Origin: an uncultured Sphingomonadaceae bacterium | GTDB taxonomy: Bacteria; Pseudomonadota; Alphaproteobacteria; Sphingomonadales; Sphingomonadaceae | DNA length: 45,383 nt | Assembly: GCA_964252145.1 (NCBI GenBank) | Contig: CAXUMU010000003.1 | Span: 1-45,383 of the forward strand | Direction of reading: 5' to 3' | Part shown: piece after piece, positions 34,896-43,794 of the stretch | Position numbering within the stretch: position 1 is the first letter of the stretch | Layout: each line of letters opens with the position of its first letter | Translations under genes and position numbers: made by a program | The notes under the pieces: generated by a model | Database searches by the model: none | Told to the model about the DNA's origin: nothing | What the model saw: only the letters and a program-made list of their open reading frames with translations

Positions 34896-35114
34896 TCACT
34901 CCTCCGGCACCATCAGTTTCATCATTCCACCCGATGCTATCATCAAAAGAAAGCCCAAAATCATGTAAGCAATCGTATGACCGCCGCCCTTGCCGCTCCA
35001 CAGAATGAGCAACTCTGCGCCAAAGAGTCCTACCCCAAGGTTACTGACGGTAGCGGCCCAGATTTTCAGCTGCTCGTTATATTGCTTGTTGCTCAGCTTT
35101 TCGATTTCGCTCAA
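34896..35114 (-). CDS. Hypothetical two-TM mini-protein (low-GC islet)
   Basis: 72 aa with two hydrophobic helices (IWAATVSNLGVGLFGAELLILW and IAYMILGFLLMIASGGMM). TTG start with only a weak RBS, so lower confidence. Confidence 0.4.
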   Translation of the reverse strand: MSEIEKLSNKQYNEQLKIWAATVSNLGVGLFGAELLILWSGKGGGHTIAYMILGFLLMIASGGMMKLMVPEE

Positions 35115-35210
35115 CGGCGGCCCCCAGCCGATGTTCCCTTATGGAAAGGAACCATGCTGCGCGTCGTTGTGCAACCCCATACGGGCAGTTTGCAACAGCC
35201 ATTTGCACCA

Positions 35211-37811
35211 TCACTCCAGCAATGCGCGCACCTTCGTCGCCAGCGCGTCCATCGCGAACGGCTTGGTGATCAGCGTCATCGCCGGGCCGAGCTGGCCGTT
35301 GCCGATCACCGCATTCTCGGCATAGCCGGTGATGAACAGCACCTTCAGCTCCGGCCGCAGCGCCAGCGCGGCATCGGCGACCTGGCGCCCGTTCATCGCG
35401 CCGGGCAGCCCCACGTCGGTGATGACCAGATCGATCCGCGCATTGGATTGGAGGATGCGTATCGCCGCCGCGCCCTCGCCCGCCTCCAGCGCGGTATAGC
35501 CCAGCTCCTCCAGCACCTCGAGCACCAGCATGCGGATGGTCGGCTCGTCGTCCACCACCAGCACGGTCTGCTGGCTGTCGGCGCGCGGCGCTTCCTCCAG
35601 CCCCGCGAAGGGCGCGTCCGGCTCCTCGTCGGTCGCGCCGTAATGCCGCGGCAGGTAGATGCACATCGTCGTGCCGACGCCCAGCTCGGTGTAGATCCGC
35701 ACCTGCCCGCCGGACTGGCGCGCGAAGCCGTAGATCATTGACAGGCCGAGACCCGTGCCCTCGCCCAGCGGCTTGGTGGTGTAGAAGGGATCGAACGCGC
35801 GCGCCCGGATCTCGGGCGTCATGCCCACGCCGGTATCGGTGACGCAGAGCGAGATGAACTGCCCGGGCTGCAGATCGCGCTCGCGCGCGGCGCGCTCGTC
35901 GAGCCATTTGTTGCCGGTCTCGATCGTGATGCGGCCGCCGTCGGGCATCGCGTCGCGGGCGTTGATGCACAGGTTAAGCAGCGCATTCTCGAGCTGGTTG
36001 GAATCCACCATCGCCGACCACAGCCCCGCGGCGCCCACGACCTCCACCTCGGCGGCGGGGCCGACGGTGCGCTGGATGAGATCCTGCATGCCGGTCACGA
36101 GCCGGTTGATGTCGGTGGGCTTGGGATCGAGCGTCTGCCGGCGCGAGAAGGCGAGCAGGCGGTGGGTCAGCGCCGCGGCGCGCTTGACCGCGCCCTGCGC
36201 GGCCGAGGCGTAGCGATCGAGTTCGCCGATCCGCCCTTGCGTGATGCGGACCTGCATCATCTCGATCGCGCCGGCGATGCCGGTGAGCAGATTGTTGAAG
36301 TCGTGCGCAAGCCCGCCGGTCAGCTGGCCGACCGCCTCCATCTTCTGTGCCTGACGCAGGCTTTCCTCGGCGATCATCAGTTCGCTGGTGCGCGCCTTGA
36401 CCTCGGCCTCCAGCGAGGCGGTGAGCGCCGCCAGCTCCAGCTCGGCGCGCCGCCGCTCCACCGCGTCGCGCGTCCGCTCGGCGACCTCGCGGACGAACGC
36501 CAGCTCCTCCGGCGGCCATTCCCGCGCCACGGCATGGTTGAGGTACAGCAAGGCGACGAAACCGCCATGCTCGGTCACGGGCATGTTGATGAAAGACTGG
36601 GCGGAGATCGCCTTCAGCACGTCCGCCGCCGCACGGGTACGGGGATCGAGATAGACATCGGCGATCGCCACCGTCTCGCCCGCCTTCAGATCCTCGATGT
36701 AGGATCCATAGTCGCGGAAGTGGAGCGTTCCGGCGAGGCTGGCGATGCCGGGCGCGTTCCAGTCGCGCTCGATCACGATCGTCTCGTTCGTCCGGTCGAT
36801 CGTGCCGTAGCCGGCGCGGCCGACCTCCATCACCCGGCCCAGGATCTCGGCGGCGGCGAAGCCCAGATCGCCCGGGGCGCCCGGCGCGCGCAGGATGTCC
36901 GACAGCTCGACCAACGCCGTCAGGCGGAGCTCGGCGCGCTTGCGCGCGTCGATGTCGAAGCTGACGCCGGGGAAGCGAAGCGGCGCGCCGCCGGGCCCCA
37001 GCATGCAGCGTCCCTGCGCCACCACCCAGCGCGAGCGGCCATCGGGCTGGACGAGCCGATATTCGCAATCGAACGTGCCGCCCCGGGCAAGCGCGGCGTC
37101 GATCGCGCCCTGCGCGCGCGCCACATCGTCGGGGTGGATGTTGCGGAAGAATTCCCGGATCGGCGCGCCGATCGCGGCGAGATCCGGATCCACGCCGTAC
37201 AGCTGCGCGAACCCCGCGTCCGCCGTCACGCGATCGTTGACGACGTCCCAGTCCCAGATGCCGATGCTGTGCGCGACCGCGGCGCTGGCCCGGCGCGAGC
37301 GGGCGGCCATCGTCCGCTCGATCTCGATCGCCGCCTGGCGGGCCAGCGCCTCCAGCGCCGCCGCTTGGCGCGCGGTGAGCCCCTGGCTGCGCGGCACGAC
37401 GTCGATCGCGCACAGGCTGCCCACCGCGATCCCGGCTGACGTGACGATCGGGAAACCGGCATAGAAACGCAGGTGCGGCGGCTGCGTCACCAGCGAGAAA
37501 TCGGCGGTCCGGGGATCGAGCGATAGGTCGGGGATCACGAACAGCCCGTCCTGGCGGACCACGAGCGCACATACCGACGTCTCGATCGGGGTCTCGTCGA
37601 CCTCGACGCCGACGCGCGCCTTGAACCATTGCCGTTCGGAATCGACCAGGCTGATCAGCGCGATCGGAACGTCGCAAATCTCCTTCGCCAGCAGCACGAG
37701 ATCGTCGAAGCGCGGCTCGGGCGCGGTATCAAGGATGCCCGTGTCGGCCAGCGCAGCAAGGCGCGCGGTATCGTCCGCGGCGATGGCGGCCCGCTGGACG
37801 CTAGTGGACAT
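35211..37811 (-). CDS. Hybrid sensor histidine kinase / response regulator (GAF-PAS-GAF-HisKA-HATPase-REC)
   Basis: 866 aa. N-terminal GAF (RFDDLVLLAKEICDVPIALISLVD...RFYAGFPI), PAS (IGIWDWDVVNDRV...EYRLVQPDGRSRWV), H-box GGLAHDFNNLLTGI, N/G boxes (NLCINARDAMP, DTGVGM, GTGLGLS) and a C-terminal receiver (VLVVDDEP...DLVITDVGLPG...KP). Confidence 0.92.
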   Translation of the reverse strand: MSTSVQRAAIAADDTARLAALADTGILDTAPEPRFDDLVLLAKEICDVPIALISLVDSERQWFKARVGVEVDETPIETSVCALVVRQDGLFVIPDLSLDPRTADFSLVTQPPHLRFYAGFPIVTSAGIAVGSLCAIDVVPRSQGLTARQAAALEALARQAAIEIERTMAARSRRASAAVAHSIGIWDWDVVNDRVTADAGFAQLYGVDPDLAAIGAPIREFFRNIHPDDVARAQGAIDAALARGGTFDCEYRLVQPDGRSRWVVAQGRCMLGPGGAPLRFPGVSFDIDARKRAELRLTALVELSDILRAPGAPGDLGFAAAEILGRVMEVGRAGYGTIDRTNETIVIERDWNAPGIASLAGTLHFRDYGSYIEDLKAGETVAIADVYLDPRTRAAADVLKAISAQSFINMPVTEHGGFVALLYLNHAVAREWPPEELAFVREVAERTRDAVERRRAELELAALTASLEAEVKARTSELMIAEESLRQAQKMEAVGQLTGGLAHDFNNLLTGIAGAIEMMQVRITQGRIGELDRYASAAQGAVKRAAALTHRLLAFSRRQTLDPKPTDINRLVTGMQDLIQRTVGPAAEVEVVGAAGLWSAMVDSNQLENALLNLCINARDAMPDGGRITIETGNKWLDERAARERDLQPGQFISLCVTDTGVGMTPEIRARAFDPFYTTKPLGEGTGLGLSMIYGFARQSGGQVRIYTELGVGTTMCIYLPRHYGATDEEPDAPFAGLEEAPRADSQQTVLVVDDEPTIRMLVLEVLEELGYTALEAGEGAAAIRILQSNARIDLVITDVGLPGAMNGRQVADAALALRPELKVLFITGYAENAVIGNGQLGPAMTLITKPFAMDALATKVRALLE

Positions 37812-37929
37812 CGGTCGGGCTGACGGGGTCGGTCACCGCGTGGAAGACTCTTTCCGCCCGGTAACGTTCCTCGTATCGTCGCGCCGGCCGGCGGTGACGT
37901 TTCTGTTGCGATGCGGTATCGCGCGTCGG

Positions 37930-39015
37930 ATGACCCGGCGGACGATCAGGATCTGGTACCTCGTCCATAAGTGGGCCAGCCTGATCCCGACGCTGTTCCT
38001 GCTGATGCTGTGCCTGACCGGGCTGCCGCTGATCTTCCACGACGAGATCGCCCGCGCGACCGATGACCGCCCGCCGCTTGCCGCGCTGCCGCCCGGTACG
38101 CCGTGGCTGTCGCTCGATACGCTGCTGGCGCGCGCGATGGCCGGGCGCGCGCACGACGTGCCGATCTACGTGAGTTTCGACGTCGATCGCCCGGTTGCCA
38201 ACGTGACCAGCGGGCCCACCCCCGACGCGGCCCCGGCGGCGATGCATTTCCAGTCGCTCGACCGGCGCAGCGGCGCGGTGCTGCCGCCGGCGCATAGCGG
38301 CATCGTCGACGTGCTGCTGCGGATCCACACCGACCTGTATCTGGGGCTGCCCGCCGAGCTGATCCTGGGGGTCATGGGCATCTTGTTCCTCATCGCGATC
38401 GTGTCGGGCGTCGTGCTCTACGCGCCGTTCATGGCGAAGCTGGAGTTCGGCACCGTGCGGCGGGGGCGGAGCACGCGGCTGCGCTGGCTCGACCTCCACA
38501 ATCTGCTCGGGATCGTGACGATCGCCTGGGCGGCGGTGGTGGCGATCAGCGGCGCGGTGAACAGCTTCGCCATCCCCGTGACCGATCTGTGGAAGGCGGA
38601 CGAGCTCGCCGCGATGAGCGCGCCCTATGCCGGCCAGCCGGTGCCGACGAAAGGGCTCAGCTCGCTGCAGGCGGCGCTGGATACCGCGATGCGGGCAGCC
38701 CCCGGCATGCGCCCGCAGTTCGTCGCCTTCCCCGGCGCGGCGTTCAGCAGCAGCCACCATTATGCGGTGTTCCTGCAGGGGGTCACGCCGCTCACCGCCA
38801 AGCTGCTGACGCCCGCGCTGATCGATGCGCGCAGCGGCGTGCTGACGGCGGTGCGGCCGATGCCGTGGTACATGCAGGCGCTGCTGCTGGCCCAGCCGCT
38901 CCATTTCGGCGATTATGGCGGGCTGCCGATGAAGCTGCTGTGGGCGCTGCTTGACGTCGTGACGATCGTGGTGCTCGGCAGCGGCATCTATCTGTGGCTG
39001 GGCCGCAAGGCGTGA
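37930..39015 (+). CDS. PepSY-associated TM helix domain protein
   Basis: 361 aa. IRIWYLVHKWASLIPTLFLLMLCLTGLPLIFHDE, IHTDLYLG and PLHFGDYGG are typical of PepSY_TM family membrane proteins. Confidence 0.85.
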   Translation: MTRRTIRIWYLVHKWASLIPTLFLLMLCLTGLPLIFHDEIARATDDRPPLAALPPGTPWLSLDTLLARAMAGRAHDVPIYVSFDVDRPVANVTSGPTPDAAPAAMHFQSLDRRSGAVLPPAHSGIVDVLLRIHTDLYLGLPAELILGVMGILFLIAIVSGVVLYAPFMAKLEFGTVRRGRSTRLRWLDLHNLLGIVTIAWAAVVAISGAVNSFAIPVTDLWKADELAAMSAPYAGQPVPTKGLSSLQAALDTAMRAAPGMRPQFVAFPGAAFSSSHHYAVFLQGVTPLTAKLLTPALIDARSGVLTAVRPMPWYMQALLLAQPLHFGDYGGLPMKLLWALLDVVTIVVLGSGIYLWLGRKA

Positions 39016-39194
39016 CGGCGAAGCGGCGGCGCGGGCTGGGCGCGACCTTCGCCGTCCCGCTGGCGCTGGCGGCGATCGGGTTCGCCGGGCTGGCCGCCGG
39101 ACTGATCGGCGACGGCGGCTGGGACGTGCTCGCCTGGATCGGTCTCGGCACGCCCGTGCTGCTGCTCGCCTGGCTGCTGCGGCCGGGGCGCTAG
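39012..39194 (+). CDS. Small two-TM membrane protein translationally coupled to the PepSY-TM gene
   Basis: 60 aa from a GTG that overlaps the upstream stop (GTGA at 39012-39015). Two hydrophobic segments. It ends 2 nt before the MocR start. No family recognised. Confidence 0.45.
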   Translation: MTAKRRRGLGATFAVPLALAAIGFAGLAAGLIGDGGWDVLAWIGLGTPVLLLAWLLRPGR

Positions 39195-39196
39195 CC

Positions 39197-40663
39197 ATGC
39201 TGCGGCCGTGGAAGATCACGCTGACCGACCGATTGCGCGGATCGGGCGAGACGCCGCTCTACATGCAGATCGTCCATGCGCTGATCCACGAGATCCAGCG
39301 CGGCCGGCTTTCCCCCGGCGCATTCCTGCCCAGTAGCCGCGAGCTGGCGACGATGCTGGACGTCAACCGCAAGACGATCGTCACCGCCTATGACGAGCTG
39401 GTCGCGCAGGGCTGGCTCTCGTCCGACGGGACGCGCGGCACGATCGTGTCGAAGTCGCTGCCCGACGCGCCGGTGCCGGCTGCCCACCGCCTGCCCCCTG
39501 TCGGCATGACGGCGGCCGAATATAATTTCCGCCGGCCCGACGGGCGCCCGCTCGCGCTCGCCCCCGGCAGCTGGCTGAAGCTGGACGAAGGCGCGCCGGA
39601 CGGGCGGCTGTTCCCCGCCGACGTGCTGGCGCGCGCCTACCGCGTCGCCGTGCACCGCGCCTCGGCCGAGAACCGGCTGCAATATCGCGATCCGCGCGGA
39701 TCGCCGCGACTACGCGAGAGCGTGGCCGCCATGCTGCGCAGCGAGCGCGGGCTGATGGTGACGCCCGACAATATCTGCATCACGCGCGGCAGCCAGATGG
39801 CGATCTACCTCGCCGCGCGCATCCTGACGCGGCCCGGCGACGCGGTGCTGGTCGAGCGGCTGACCTACGAGCCGGCGGTGGCGGCGTTCTCCGATTGCGG
39901 CGCGACGATCGTGCCGGTGCGGCTGGACGAGCATGGCGTGGATGTGGAGGACGTCGAACGCGCCTGCCGCCGCCACCGCGTCCGCGCCATCTTCCTGACC
40001 CCGCACCACCAGTTTCCCACGACCGTTTCGCTCCGGCCCGACCGGCGGTTGCGCCTGCTCGATCTGGCGCGGCAGTTCGCCTTCGCGGTGATCGAGGACG
40101 ATTACGACCACGAATATCATTTCACCGCGCAACCGCTGCTGCCGATGGCGAGCTATGCGCCGGGCCACGTGATCTATGCCGGGTCGCTTTCCAAGCTGAT
40201 GATCCCGGCGCTGCGGATCGGCTATATCGCCGCACCGCCCGAGGTGATCGACGCGGTCAGCTATGCCGCCTCGCTGACCGACGGGATGGGCAACACCGTC
40301 ACCGAGGATGCCGCCGCCGAACTGATCGATACGGGCGAGGTGCGCCGCCACGTGCGCAAGACCGCGCAGATCTACGCCGGCCGCCGCGACGCGTTCGCGG
40401 CGGCGCTCGCGGAGGAGCTGGGCGGCCTGGTCGATTTCATCGTGCCGCAGGGCGGGCTCGCTTTCTGGCTGCGCTTCCGCGACCTGGCCGCGCTCGCGCG
40501 GATCGAGGCGGGGGCGGCCGGGGCGGGGCTGAGCATCGCCGCATCGCAATCCTTCCGCACGCATGCCGATAGCGATCATGGCCTGCGGATCGGTTTCGCC
40601 AGCCTGTCTAAGGAGGAGGCGCGAGCGGCACTCGGCGCGATCCGCAAGCTGGCCCGTCGTTGA
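39197..40663 (+). CDS. MocR/PdxR-type regulator (GntR wHTH fused to a fold-type I aminotransferase-like domain)
   Basis: 488 aa. N-terminal PLYMQIVHALIHEIQRGRLSPGAFLPSSRELATMLDVNRKTIVTAYDELVAQGW, then an aminotransferase-like domain with the putative PLP-lysine region YAGSLSKLMIPALRIGY. Confidence 0.9.
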   Translation: MLRPWKITLTDRLRGSGETPLYMQIVHALIHEIQRGRLSPGAFLPSSRELATMLDVNRKTIVTAYDELVAQGWLSSDGTRGTIVSKSLPDAPVPAAHRLPPVGMTAAEYNFRRPDGRPLALAPGSWLKLDEGAPDGRLFPADVLARAYRVAVHRASAENRLQYRDPRGSPRLRESVAAMLRSERGLMVTPDNICITRGSQMAIYLAARILTRPGDAVLVERLTYEPAVAAFSDCGATIVPVRLDEHGVDVEDVERACRRHRVRAIFLTPHHQFPTTVSLRPDRRLRLLDLARQFAFAVIEDDYDHEYHFTAQPLLPMASYAPGHVIYAGSLSKLMIPALRIGYIAAPPEVIDAVSYAASLTDGMGNTVTEDAAAELIDTGEVRRHVRKTAQIYAGRRDAFAAALAEELGGLVDFIVPQGGLAFWLRFRDLAALARIEAGAAGAGLSIAASQSFRTHADSDHGLRIGFASLSKEEARAALGAIRKLARR

Positions 40664-40760
40664 TGCAGCGATACAACACCCGCTCATCTTCGCATTGGAC
40701 CCCTCGCTCTTGCAAAATTGGATGTTTAGAGCGGGTCCATTGCGATCGACTTGCAACAAC

Positions 40761-41378
40761 ATGGCGAACCGATGCCATGACGACGTGATCCGGCTGGTGG
40801 AGACCTCTCCGCTTGGCTGGATCGTCTCGCATTCCGATGGCCGCTTCGGTGCGACGCCGCTGCCGCTGCTGCCGGAACTGGACGACGATGGCCGGCTGGT
40901 CGCGCTACTGGGCCATTTCGCACTGTCGAACCAGCAGGTCGACCAGTTGCGCGCGGCCCCTGCCGCCACGGTGATCTTCCAGGGCCCGCACGGCTATATC
41001 GCGCCGGCGCTGGTGTCGCGCCCCGGCTGGGCGCCGACCTGGAACTATGCCGCCGCCCTGATCCACGTCGAGATCGAGTTCGTGCCCGACGAGACGCGCA
41101 CCGCGGTCGACCGGATGGTCGCGCGTATGGAGGGCACCGGCCCGGAGGCGTGGACGACCGAGCGGGTCGGCGCGCGCTACGAGGGCATGATGCACCGGAT
41201 CATCGCCTTCCGCGCGCATGTCCGCCAGATCGAGCCGCGCTTCAAGCTGGGCCGCGACGAGACGATCGAGACGCTGGGCGAGATCGTCGCCGGCCTGGAA
41301 GACGGGCCGCTGATCGAGTGGATGGTCGCGGCGAACAAAGATCGCATCGCCGCCGCGGCGGCCGCGCAAGTAGGATGA
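40761..41378 (+). CDS. FMN-binding negative transcriptional regulator family protein (PaiB-like)
   Basis: GHFALSNQQ...IFQGPHGYIAPALV...PTWNYAAALIHVEIEFV...FKLGRDE is typical of the PaiB family. The start is uncertain (ATG at 40761 or 40722). Confidence 0.75.
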   Translation: MANRCHDDVIRLVETSPLGWIVSHSDGRFGATPLPLLPELDDDGRLVALLGHFALSNQQVDQLRAAPAATVIFQGPHGYIAPALVSRPGWAPTWNYAAALIHVEIEFVPDETRTAVDRMVARMEGTGPEAWTTERVGARYEGMMHRIIAFRAHVRQIEPRFKLGRDETIETLGEIVAGLEDGPLIEWMVAANKDRIAAAAAAQVG

Positions 41379-41502
41379 TGGCACGAATGTGCAGCCGCCC
41401 GGCAGAGGCGCGCGGGACGGGAATGGGAGAATGCCGGGTGAGTTCCGGGCGCGGCGCGGGGCCGCAGCCGGGTTTCAGTCCGTCGATCACGGGGAACGAC
41501 CA

Positions 41503-43749
41503 ATGACCATCGCACGCCACCTGACCCACGCCAGCCTTGCCACGATCGCGCTGCTGCTGGGCGCCACCGCCGCGCAGAGCCAGACGACCGAAGCCGCCGT
41601 CGCCGACGCGGTCGGCACTCCCGACGACATCATCGTCACCGCCACCAAGCGGAACGAGAATCTGCGGCAGGTAGCGATCCCGATCGGCGTGGTGACCGGC
41701 GCGCAACTGGCGAAAGCCAATGCCAACAGCCTGAGCGACTATATCACCCGCCTGCCCGGCGTGGTGTTCAACGATTATCAGCCGGGCGTGTCGGAGGTCG
41801 TGATCCGCGGCATCGCCGCGACCACCTATCACGAGCAGGGCCAGACCACCGTCGGCTATTATCTGAACGAAGTGCCGCTGGTGGAGCCGGGCTTCCCGAT
41901 CGGCATCCCGGACGTCGATACGTTCGATCTCGACCGGGTCGAGGTGTTGCGCGGGCCGCAGGGTACGCTGTTCGGTTCGTCCACGCTGGGTGGCCTGGTC
42001 AATTATGTCGTCAAGACCGCCGATACCGCCAAGGTCGACGCCGCCGCCTCCGCGCTGATCGGCTCGACCAAGAATGCCAGCCGCGATCTGAACTATGCCG
42101 GCAAGGCGATGATCAACGTGCCGATCATCCAGGACAAATTGGCGGTGCGGGTGATGGCGCTGCAGCGCTACGACGCCGGCTATCTCGACAATCCGGGCAT
42201 CGGCGTGAAGGGCAGCAACGATTTCCGCACGCGCGGCCTGCGCGGATCGGTGGTCTTCACCCCGACCGAGACCACCAAGATCACCTATCTCAGCGCATAT
42301 CAGAACACCAGGCTGGACGATCAGACCTATCTCGACCTGACCAACCCCTATATCCGCATCACGCCGCGCGCCGAGCCGCAGAAGACGCGCTTCTGGCTGA
42401 ACACGCTGCGGCTGGACCAGCAGCTGGGCTTCGCCAACTTCTCGGTCTTCGGATCGGTCGACAAGAAGACCAACGCGACGCTCTTCACCTACCCCTACGC
42501 GTACGTCACCGGCGTCACCACCGGCGCTGCCGCCGCCTATTCGCCCGGCACTGCCAACGCCAACATCAAGACGGTCGAGGCGCGGCTCGCCTCTTCCGGC
42601 GACGGGCCGTTCAGGTGGCTGATCGGGTCCAGCTACCTGCGCGCCAGGAAGTTCAGCTACGACCAGATCTTTCAAGCGGGCGCCGCCGCCTACATCAACG
42701 CCAACCCGGCGCTGTTCGGCGGCTTTTCGGGCAACGTGCTGGCGCCGGGCGACCGCATCTACGGCTACCGCGCCAATTCGCTGAACGAGGATTTCGGCGT
42801 GTTCGGCGAGGTCTCGTTCAAGCCGGTCGAGACGCTGGAACTCACCGTCGGCGGCCGCTATTACGACACCAAGGCGGCGGCGAGCGTGACCAACCAGGCA
42901 GGTGCGCTGGGCGGCTATCCGGGCGGCTACAACGCCGTCGACAGCAGCGGCAGCGTTGTCCAGAAGGAGGACGGCTTCACTCCCAAGGCGACGATTGCGT
43001 TCCGCCCGACCAGCCGCTTCATGGCCTATGCGACCTATTCGCGCGGCTTCCGCGTGGGCGGCATCAACCCCAATGCCGGCCTGCTGCCGACCATTCCGAC
43101 CAGCTACCAGAGCGACAAGGTGGACAATTACGAGGCGGGGGTGAAATTCTCCGCGCTCGACAACCGCCTGCTGATCGACGCGACCGTATTCAACATCGAC
43201 TGGAAGAATATCCAGGCGCGCCTGTTCGGCCCGGCGCCGTCTTATTATTCCTTCGTCACGAACGCCGGCAGCGCCAATATCGTCGGCGTCGAATTCGCGG
43301 GCACGGTGAAGATCACGAAGGCGCTGAGCCTGTCGTCCAACTTCACCTATCAGGATGCCGCGCTCACCACCTTCCTGCCCGACACGTTCGCGGTGGGCGG
43401 CGGTTATGCCGCGGGTTCGACGCTGCCGGGCTCGTCCAAATGGTCGGTTGCGAGCAACCTCAACCTCGATCTGGCGGACGTGCCAGGCGCGCCCTCGTTC
43501 GAGATCGCGCACCGCTACATCTCGAAGGCGCCGGTGGCGTTCGGCAACGATGCGACGCGCGGCGGCTTCAGCGTGTTCGATCTGCGCGCCGGCTACACCA
43601 TCGGGTGGAACGTCCGGCTGCTCGGCTTCGTCAACAATGCGCTGGACAAGTTCGGCATCCTGAACGCGCCGTTCACGTCGCAATTCGCTCCAGCCGGCTC
43701 GATCATCCGTCCGCGCACCTACGGGCTGCGAGTGGACTGGAGCCTGTAG
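41503..43749 (+). CDS. TonB-dependent receptor
   Basis: 748 aa. Signal peptide, plug (IIVTATKRNENLRQVAIPIGV...VEVLRGPQGTLFGSSTLGG), beta-barrel repeats and a C-terminal RPRTYGLRVDWSL. The terminal residue is Leu rather than the usual aromatic. Confidence 0.92.
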   Translation: MTIARHLTHASLATIALLLGATAAQSQTTEAAVADAVGTPDDIIVTATKRNENLRQVAIPIGVVTGAQLAKANANSLSDYITRLPGVVFNDYQPGVSEVVIRGIAATTYHEQGQTTVGYYLNEVPLVEPGFPIGIPDVDTFDLDRVEVLRGPQGTLFGSSTLGGLVNYVVKTADTAKVDAAASALIGSTKNASRDLNYAGKAMINVPIIQDKLAVRVMALQRYDAGYLDNPGIGVKGSNDFRTRGLRGSVVFTPTETTKITYLSAYQNTRLDDQTYLDLTNPYIRITPRAEPQKTRFWLNTLRLDQQLGFANFSVFGSVDKKTNATLFTYPYAYVTGVTTGAAAAYSPGTANANIKTVEARLASSGDGPFRWLIGSSYLRARKFSYDQIFQAGAAAYINANPALFGGFSGNVLAPGDRIYGYRANSLNEDFGVFGEVSFKPVETLELTVGGRYYDTKAAASVTNQAGALGGYPGGYNAVDSSGSVVQKEDGFTPKATIAFRPTSRFMAYATYSRGFRVGGINPNAGLLPTIPTSYQSDKVDNYEAGVKFSALDNRLLIDATVFNIDWKNIQARLFGPAPSYYSFVTNAGSANIVGVEFAGTVKITKALSLSSNFTYQDAALTTFLPDTFAVGGGYAAGSTLPGSSKWSVASNLNLDLADVPGAPSFEIAHRYISKAPVAFGNDATRGGFSVFDLRAGYTIGWNVRLLGFVNNALDKFGILNAPFTSQFAPAGSIIRPRTYGLRVDWSL

Positions 43750-43794
43750 CCTCCGGCGGGTAGCGACGGCGGTCTTTGGTGGGACGCAGCGCGG

